Shown here in pieces: positions 56,700 through 64,000 of a DNA stretch of 64,000 bases. This stretch comes from Zygnema circumcarinatum SAG 698-1b (Eukaryota; Plantae; Zygnematophyceae), in NCBI GenBank assembly GCA_037447605.1, contig CM074809.1:2222689-2286688 (forward strand), given 5' to 3'. The notes under the pieces were generated by a model that worked only from the letters and a program-made list of their open reading frames with translations, was not told the origin of the DNA and searched no databases. Position numbers and translations under genes: made by a program. The first letter of the stretch is position 1. Every line of letters starts with the position of its first letter.

Positions 56700-57330
56700 T
56701 CTGTTGCTGCTCCTGCTGCTGCTGCTTTTCTCGCTGCTTCGTTTTCTGCTGCTGCTGCTGCTTTTTCTGCTGCTGCCCCTGCTGCTGCACCAGTTGCTTT
56801 TAGTGCTCCTTCTTTCTCTGCTTCTGCTTCTGCTGCTGCTGCTGCTGTTTCCTTTTCAGCTGGTTTTGCTATTGTTGTGCTGTTGCTGCTGCTGCTGTTG
56901 TTGCTCCTGCCGTCTTTTCTGCTGCTGCCGCTGCTTTTTTTTGCTGCTGCCGCTGCCACTGCTGGTGCTCCTGCTTTTTTTGCTGCTTCTTGTCTGCTAC
57001 TGNNNNNNNNNNCTTTTTCTGTTGCTTTTGTTGTTGCTTCATTCTCTGCTGCTGCTGCTATTGTTGTTCTGTTGCTGCTAGTGCTGCTGGTGCTTTTTTT
57101 ACTGCTTTTTTTTTCTGATGTTTTTTTTGCTGCTTCTTTTTCTGCTGTTGTTGTGTTGTTGTTGCTGTGTTGCTGCTGCTGCTGCTGCTGCTATTGCTGT
57201 GCTGCTGGTGCTGGTGCTGCTGTTGTCCTTCTGCTGCTGCTTCTGCTGCCGCTGCTTTTTCTGCTGCTGCTTTTTCTGCTGCTGCTTTTTCTGCTACTGT
57301 TGCAGCATTCATTTTCTTTTTTGCTGCTGC
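56700..57330 (+). repeat. (CTG/GCT/TTG)-rich low-complexity arm, mirrored by CAG-rich tracts at ~58740-59930
   Basis: Directly visible simple-sequence tracts in inverted orientation. Confidence 0.85.
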
Positions 57331-57431
57331 ATTCCTCTTCCGCATTCCGCATTGCCCTGTCCTTGTGCTTCCCGTTCCTTATGCTTGTGTTGTGTGTATG
57401 ATTGCATATAATTCCTCCCCCTCCCCATCTA

Positions 57432-57502
57432 GTCGAAGTGGCGGATTGGTTACGCAACTGTTGCAAAACAGTAATAAAGGGGTTGAAATCCCCTCTTCGA
57501 CC
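57432..57502 (+). tRNA. tRNA-Cys(GCA)-like sequence, copy 1 (probably non-functional: T-loop TTGAAAT, 16-nt anticodon arm)
   Basis: Acceptor GTCGAAG/CTTCGAC; D-arm GCG-GATTGGTTA-CGC; ACTG-TTGCAAAA-CAGT; variable loop AATAA; T-stem AGGGG/CCCCT. Confidence 0.65.
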
Positions 57503-58606
57503 TTGCACTGTTTATTCATTCTTCCATTTGTATTCATTTATAGTTTTTGTGTTTGTGCTTCATGTCTTATATTTGTAGTTATTTTTCCAAGTTGTTTTTA
57601 TTGCTTTTTGCCTTTTCTTTCAAAACTTTGAATACGTTTTACATCATGTTTTGTTTAGAGCATATATAGGTAGTTTGCTAACAAAATTATGCTGGCACAC
57701 TCAGGAAAACCCGTCTTCTTTGGTTTTTGGAAACCTTGGTGGTATTAGCAACCATATCAAGTGCGGCAATGGGCTGTATTTGATGCCATCAGTACAATTA
57801 TAGAATCCCTTGTAACTGCGTGTGCTCAAAATCCAAAACGTCCGGACTTAAGAGAAACAAGCTGATAAAGGTGCAATTGATTCAACAACAATACAAAAAA
57901 TATGATTAGAAAAAGAATGATCGACGTGTGGGCAAAGGAGGGACAAAGTGGGCGGGGGTGGGAAGAAGAGGATCAACAAGAGAGACTGGAGAGGGTTGAG
58001 ATCCACTAAAGAGGAGAGCGAGAGTGAGTCGGGGATAAGGCATAAGAGGGAGACAACAACAAGAAGACTGTAAGGAAGGGGCAAAGAACACAAGATGCTA
58101 AGGTGTCACATACTAAGATGGGGAAGGAGACACACGGGGTGGAACAGGAAGGGAAGTGACAGAAAAAAGAGAGGGCAAGACACAGCAAGGAAAAACAGAG
58201 AATGGAGCGTGAGAGGGAGAGACAGTGGGAGGGAGGGAGCAAGTGAGCACACGGAGACAAACATGAGGAGAGATGGGCAAAAGAAAGGGTCGCAGGTGGC
58301 AAACTAGACGGACGTCTATATGAATAATCTTAACAGTCAGGAAGACAGTCTGTCTGCAGACCAGCCGTTCAAATGGAGTTTCCAAACACCAAGCTGCGAA
58401 GAGAGTGAAAAACAAAAAACAAACGCACCAAGGCCAGCATAAAGAGAGAGGAGGAAGCGGGTGAAGGATGGGGGGAGTGCACAAACAACAAAAGTGAGAA
58501 TGGGAGAGAGAGGGCACAAAGAGGGGGGAGGGGCAGAGAAAAAGCAAAAAAGCACAAACACAAAAACTATAAATGAATAAAAATAGAAGAATGAATACAT
58601 CGTACA

Positions 58607-58677
58607 AGTCGAAGAGGGGATTTGAACCCCTTTATTACTGTTTTGCAACAGTTGCGTAACCAATCCGCCACTTCGAC
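58607..58677 (-). tRNA. tRNA-Cys(GCA)-like sequence, copy 2 (intact B-box, U73)
   Basis: Minus strand GTCGAAGTGGCGGATTGGTTACGCAACTGTTGCAAAACAGTAATAAAGGGGTTCAAATCCCCTCTTCGACT; full cloverleaf except the anticodon arm is one nt short. Confidence 0.7.
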
Positions 58678-59109
58678 ATAATGGGGAGGGGGAGGAATAA
58701 CATGCAATCATACACAACACAAGCATAGGCAAAGGAACGGGCAGCAGAAGAAGAAGAAGAAGAGGCAGCAGCAGCAGCAGAAAAAGCAAGAGCAAAAAAA
58801 GCAGCGGCATAAAAAGCAGCAGCAACATCAACAGCTGCAGCAGGAGCTGCAACAGCAGTAGCAGCAGAAATAGCAAAAGCAGAAAAAGAAACACCACAAA
58901 AAGCTGCAGCAGCATCAACAGCAGCAGCAGCAACAGCAGCAGAAACAGCAGCACAAAACAAAATATGGTATACAAGGTATTCAAAATTTTGAAAGAAACT
59001 CAAAAAACAAAAAAAACAACTAAGATAAATAACCACAAATATTTTACATCAAATGCACAAACACAAACACTTTATATGAATCAAAATAAACAAATGAAAA
59101 AATAGTACG

Positions 59110-59180
59110 AGTCGAAGAGGGGATTTGAACCCCTTTATTACTGTTTTGCAACAGTTGCATAACCAATTTGCCACTTCGAC
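59110..59180 (-). tRNA. tRNA-Cys(GCA)-like sequence, copy 3
   Basis: As copy 2 but D-arm GCA-AATTGGTTA-TGC (pairing retained). Confidence 0.7.
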
Positions 59181-60493
59181 TTGATGGGGAGGGGGAGGAA
59201 TAACACACAGTCATACACGCAACAAAAGCATAAGCGAAGGAACGAGAGGCACAAGCAAAGGAAGGGAAGACTGAGGCAAAGGCAACATAGCAAGGGGCAA
59301 AGGCAAAGGATGTCGGGGCAGGGGCAAGGGAGGTAAAATACGGAACGTGGAATGCGGAATGCGGAATGCGGAATGACGAATGAAGCAACAATACAAATAA
59401 AACAAAACCTACAGCAGCATTAGCATAAAAGCAAGAGCAAAAAAAGCAGCAGCATGAAAAGCAGCAGCAACATCAGCAACAGCAGCAGCAACATCAACAG
59501 CAGCAGCAGGAGCTGTAGCAGCAGCAGCAGGATAAGAAGCGGCTGGAGCTGCAGCAGTAGCAGCAGAAACAGCAGCAACAGCAGAAGCAGCGGCAGCAGC
59601 ACAACAACAACAGCAGAAACAGGAGATGAAGAAGAAGGAGGAAGCAGCAGGAGCAGAAAAAGCAAGAGCAAAAAAAAACAGCAGCAACATCAACAGCTGC
59701 AGCAGGATGAGAAGCGGCAGCAGCTAGAGCAGTAGCAGCAGAAACAGCAGCAACAGCAGTAGCAGCGGCAGCAGCACAACACATAAACAATAGCAGAAAC
59801 AGCAGATGAAGAAAAAGAAGAGGCAGCAGCAGCAAAAAAACCAAAAGCAAAAAAAGCGGCAGCTTAAAAAGCAGGAGCAACATCAACAACAGCAGCATAA
59901 AAAGCAGCAGCAGCAGCAGTAGCAAAAAGAGCACCAAGGGAGACAAGGGATGCATGAGCAAAGGCGAGGGAGGCAGGGGCAGGTGCAAGAGCACAGGAGG
60001 CAGGGGCAAGGGAAAGGGAGGCAGGGGGAAGGGCAGGGAAGGCAGGTGCAGAGGCAAGGGCAAGGGAGGCAGGTGCAAGGGCACGGGAGGCAGGGGCAAG
60101 GGTAAGGGAGGCAGGGGCAAGGGCAAGGACTCACCGCTGCTCAAGTCCGCCGTCGTCCCTAAAAACCGATCGCGCTTTTGCCGTCGTCGCCGACTCACCG
60201 CTCACCGTTCAGTGGGGGAAGGCGAGACGACGCTCTGCTCACTCCCCTGCAAGGATGGCTCGGGCGGTGGCGAGGGAGGAACCCTAAACCCTAAACCCGT
60301 GCAGATCTGAGCTCGCAGCGAGCGAGCAGGCGAGCAGGCGGCGGACGCGAGGCGCCGCAGTGGGACGCCGCTCGCGCGGTGGTGACGCGCGTGACGACAA
60401 AACGGAGGGCGGCGGGCGGCGGGCGGCGGAGGGAGCGCGGCGGGGCGAAAAGGGGGGAGTCAAACCTGGGCCGGAGATACAAAGGTAAAATAA

Positions 60494-61162
60494 GGAGAAC
60501 TATATACCGCCCCCTTTTTTGGTTATCCCGCCATCGTTTTTTTGAAATCCGACCCTCCCATTTCGGCTATTCTGCCCCCCTCCCCCATTTTGGATATTTC
60601 GGGAGGAGATCGCCCCCCTGATTTGAATATTTCTTTCCCTCCCCTCCCGTCCTCTCCCCTCCCCTCCCCTGCCCNNNNNNNNNNAAGAAGAATCCTTCCT
60701 TCTTGCACTACAAGAAGGAAGGATTTCACATCAAGATCGGCAAGCATAGCGATAGCCGCCGACTCTACCTGCAATGCTTTAGCCGGGGGACCTACGAGGA
60801 CAGAGGTCTGGAAGAGAGTAGTAAGAAGAGGAATATCTCTCCTCTGCTCTCTCTCCTCTAGTCTTTCTCTCCTCTACTCTTTCTCCTCTGCTCATTCTCT
60901 CTCTCTCCTTTTTTCTCTCCTGTGCTCTCTCCTCTAGTCTCTCTCCCCTTTGCTCTCACTCCTCTACTCACACTCTCTCTCTCCTCTGCTCATTCTCTCG
61001 CTCCTTTGCTCTCCCCTCTAGTCTCTCTCTCCTCTACTCTCACTCCTCTGCTCTTTCTCTCTCCTCTATACTCTCTCTCCTCGGCTCTCGCTCCTTTGCT
61101 CTCTCTCTCTCTTCTCTCTCCTTTGCTCTCCCCTGTAGTCTCTCTCCTCTACTCTCACTCTG

Positions 61163-61202
<40 letters not shown>

Positions 61203-61490
61203 TCTGCTCTCTCTCCTCTAGCCTTCTCTCCTTTGCTCTCTCCTGTGCTCTCTACTCTAGTCTCTCTCTCCTTTGCTCTCACTCCTGTGCTCACTCTCTT
61301 TCTCTCCGTTGCTCTCTCTCTCGAACGTTGCGCTGATGTGTGAGAAGGAGAAAACGGGGGGGGGAAAATATCCAAAATGGGGGGGGGCGGGATATTTCAA
61401 AATAGGGGGCAGAATAGCCGAAATGGGACGGTCGGATTTCAAAAAAACGGTGGCGGGATAACCAAAAAGGGGGGCGGTATATAGTTCTCC
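60494..61490. mobile_element. Nested long-TIR (MULE-like) element inside the large element
   Basis: ~120-bp TIRs GGAGAACTATATACCGCCCCC...; exact 8-bp TSD TAAAATAA (60486-93 / 61491-98); the 55477 MITE shows the empty site; interior CT-rich with a gap. Confidence 0.88.
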
Positions 61491-61762
61491 TAAAATAATT
61501 GCTTTCTTGAATTCGTGACGCCCGAGCCTGTCGAACGTCCACTTTTGGCGAAAAAGGCCTGCCGTACAGAGCAGAATTGGCGCGAAGGGCTGGCGAAATT
61601 GATTTGGCGATGGTCAAGGTCTGACTCCCCCTATTACGAAGATTCAAAAGAAAATGGATCTTTAAAGCAATATATTTTTAGGGGCAGTTAAACATTGACC
61701 ATGGCGTAAGCAATTTAGTAAGCCTTTCGGGCAAATGAAGCACTGTCTAGGTACAGTCAACA

Positions 61763-62357
61763 GTCCTCATATTTTCGCCATGGTTTTGGCAAATATGAGG
61801 CGAAAATATTGATTTTTGCAAATAGAAGGTTCGTGTTACCAATAGGCTTTCGGTACCATGTTAGAGTTCATGTTTGCCCGTACGTATCGTATCGTCTAAT
61901 ATCGTATCGTATCATACCATATCCGTCAGTATCTGTCTTACTGTTCCGTATCGTATCGTCCAATATCGTACCATATCATACCGTATATATCGTACCGTGC
62001 CGTATCGTATCGCATACACGTAGTTTTCCGCTCTTCGCGTTGTTCGTCTCATTACGTGAAAAGATGTTTGATTGAACTCACGATGGCAAGGCCATCAAAT
62101 GTACAAGGAGAAAGTCGACATAAGGAACCAAAAGAAGCGGTCACCACGGACATAAGGACAGAGAGAAGGCTTGGAAATGGAAATCAACTTCTAGGCGCAA
62201 CAACACGGCACTAGAAGCAGCCGCGAAGGTCGCCAATGTGGGGCGCAGTACGCGCGGGAAGGGGCGAAAGACCACCGGGACGGGTCCCAACAACTGCGGC
62301 ACGTCGAAGGATCGTGGAAGCAAGACACCGCTGTAAGGCGACGGAAATGCGCTGTCG
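61763..62357 (+). repeat. Direct duplication, copy 1 (copy 2 at 62853-63430): ATCGT-rich segment plus CRE 3' end
   Basis: Essentially identical over ~500 bp after a few differences in the first ~70 nt; both copies end at gaps. Confidence 0.9.
62067..62357 (-). mobile_element. CRE-like retrotransposon 3' end (truncated by gap)
   Basis: PHIGDLRGCF* plus the family 3'UTR. Confidence 0.8.
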
Positions 62358-62367
62358 NNNNNNNNNN

Positions 62368-62786
62368 CCCCCCCCCCCCCCCCCCCCCCCTGGATCCCCG
62401 CGCCTCGCGCGCAGGATCCGACTGTGCACCGACGTACGGCACCGCGCATCGCGGCGTGGCCCGCGAGATGCGGCGAGCATGGGGACCGGAAGCAGGAATG
62501 TCCAATGGAAGACTGCCACGTGGCAACCTCTGACCCAAACCATTGGACATCCCTGCTTCCGGTCCCCCATGCTCACCGCATCTCGCGGGCCATGCCGCGA
62601 TGCGTGGCGCCGTACGTCGGTGCACAGTCGGATCCTGCGCGCGAGGCGCGGGGTCCGATTGTCTACATGATCTCTCCGCCCGAAAGATCCAAGGGGGGGG
62701 AGGGCGTGATTAGCCAACATGAAAGTACAAATTTTCCCGGAAGGGGGTGCGGATATCCAAAAAGTGGGGCGGCTGTATCATTTTCT
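62368..62786. mobile_element. Fold-back element: 117-bp inverted arms (62392-62508 / 62540-62656) and a right TIR resembling the MULE-like ends; left TIR presumably in the gap
   Basis: Near-perfect hairpin; the reverse complement of the right end (GAAAATGATACAGCCGCCCCACTTTTTGGATATCC) resembles the TIRs at 11653 and 60494. Confidence 0.65.
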
Positions 62787-63155
62787 TTTCTAGGGTTTTA
62801 GGGTTTTAGGGGTACGAATAGTACGGGTAGTACGGCTACAGTACAGTGGGGGGTCCTCATATTTTCGCCATGGTATTGGCCAAAAAGGGGCGAAAATATT
62901 GATTTTGCAAATATAAGGTTCGTGTTACCAATAGGCTTTCGGTACCATGTTAGAGTTCATGTTTGCCCGTACGTATCGTATCGTCTAATATCGTATCGTA
63001 TCATACCATATCCGTCAGTATCTGTCTTACTGTTCCGTATCGTATCGTCCAATATCGTACCATATCATACCGTATATATCGTACCGTGCCGTATCGTATC
63101 GCATACACGTAGTTTTCCGCTCTTCGCGTTGTTCGTCTCATTACGTGAAAAGATG

Positions 63156-64000
63156 TTTGATTGAACTCACGATGGCAAGGCCATCAAATGTACAAGGAGA
63201 AAGTCGACATAAGGAACCAAAAGAAGCGGTCACCACGGACATAAGGACAGAGAGAAGGCTTGGAAATGGAAATCAACTTCTAGGCGCAACAACACGGCAC
63301 TAGAAGCAGCCGCGAAGGTCGCCAATGTGGGGCGCAGTACGCGCGGGAAGGGGCGAAAGACCACCGGGACGGGTCCCAACAACTGCGGCACGTCGAAGGA
63401 TCGTGGAAGCAAGACACCGCTGTAAGGCGANNNNNNNNNNCGCGCCGCCCAAAAGAGCAAGGTCGGGCCGCACATTGCGCTCGCCCGTTGAAGTCGGCCG
63501 AGGTGGTATAACATGGGTCGGCTCGCGCTGCACAAGGTAACCCGCCTCCTGAGCCACGGCGGCAATAGCATCACGGACAACATTGTGGGCCAAAATGCGC
63601 TCGCCACCGCGTACACACCGAAGAAGATGCACACCCTGCGCATCAATCAAACGACCACAACCACAACGGGGAGAACCCTGCAAAGGGGGGTGGGGGAGCC
63701 CAAGACGAAGACGCGCAGCAAGCTGAAACTGGCTCGGAGAGAGTTGAAGGGTGGAAAAAATCGGGGTAGCAGCCAGCCACGCCCCTGCACCAGGACCAGC
63801 ACAAGATCGCAATCGAGCACGCGCAACATCGGAAGGGAGAGCCGCAATAAGGGTAGAAAACTCAGCAGCAACAACCTCCTCTGTCACAATAGTCTGGACG
63901 CGCGAAACAGACTCAACAGCCAGGGAAACAAAAGGGGGAACACGGGCTTGGGCACTAGAAGGGAGCAAACCATGAGCAGCGCGCAAAGCAATCTGGAAGG
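63156..64000 (-). mobile_element. CRE-like retrotransposon, 3' part with intact-looking zinc knuckle/RLE region; continues beyond window
   Basis: RLRSCAGPGAGAWL..LRLGL, CGCG..DAQGVHLLRC..RILAHNVVRD, REP, VRPDLAL; C-terminus PHIGDLRGCF* (stop 63300-63302). Confidence 0.88.

Larger units (their letters stand above)
56120..61632 (+). mobile_element. Large non-autonomous TIR element (~5.5 kb plus two gaps) with inverted-duplicated cargo
   Basis: AGGGGGAGTCAGACCTTGACCATCGCC...GGCGATGGTCAAGGTCTGACTCCCCCT, flanked by ATT on both sides (or TATTA); no recognisable transposase. Confidence 0.8.

Noticed and set aside
56305-60198. Poly-Leu/Ala/Cys/Gln ORFs as real proteins
   Set aside because: Translations of CTG/CAG simple sequence, open in several frames and both strands, with no domain; the recurring peptide GGLVTQLLQNSNKG is just the tRNA-like unit read as codons.

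Overview
Eukaryotic nuclear DNA from a green plant lineage (intron-rich, land-plant-like proteins; probably a streptophyte alga or early-diverging land plant, not determinable more precisely). It is a scaffold with five 10-N gaps. The core 6.8-54.6 kb holds housekeeping genes: TAF8, RTF2, NAPRT, a PCF11-like gene, CSN4, RRP9/U3-55K, a PH-RCC1-FYVE-BRX (PRAF/RLD) gene and plastid HSP70. A mitochondrial carrier runs off the left edge. Both ends and several promoters are packed with mobile DNA: five copies or fragments of a CRE-clade (RLE-type) non-LTR retrotransposon, a ~485-bp (CCCTAA)n tract abutting TAF8, long-TIR fold-back elements (two with exact 8-bp TSDs), a 20-bp minisatellite, and a three-member TIR family. 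The most striking observation is that the 5.5-kb member of that family carries a large inverted-duplicated cargo with three tRNA-Cys-like cloverleafs, all sharing a shortened 16-nt anticodon arm. Exact CCAAT-N9-CCACG (ERSE-type) motifs also recur in the transposon-derived DNA. All calls are by eye; no searches were run.
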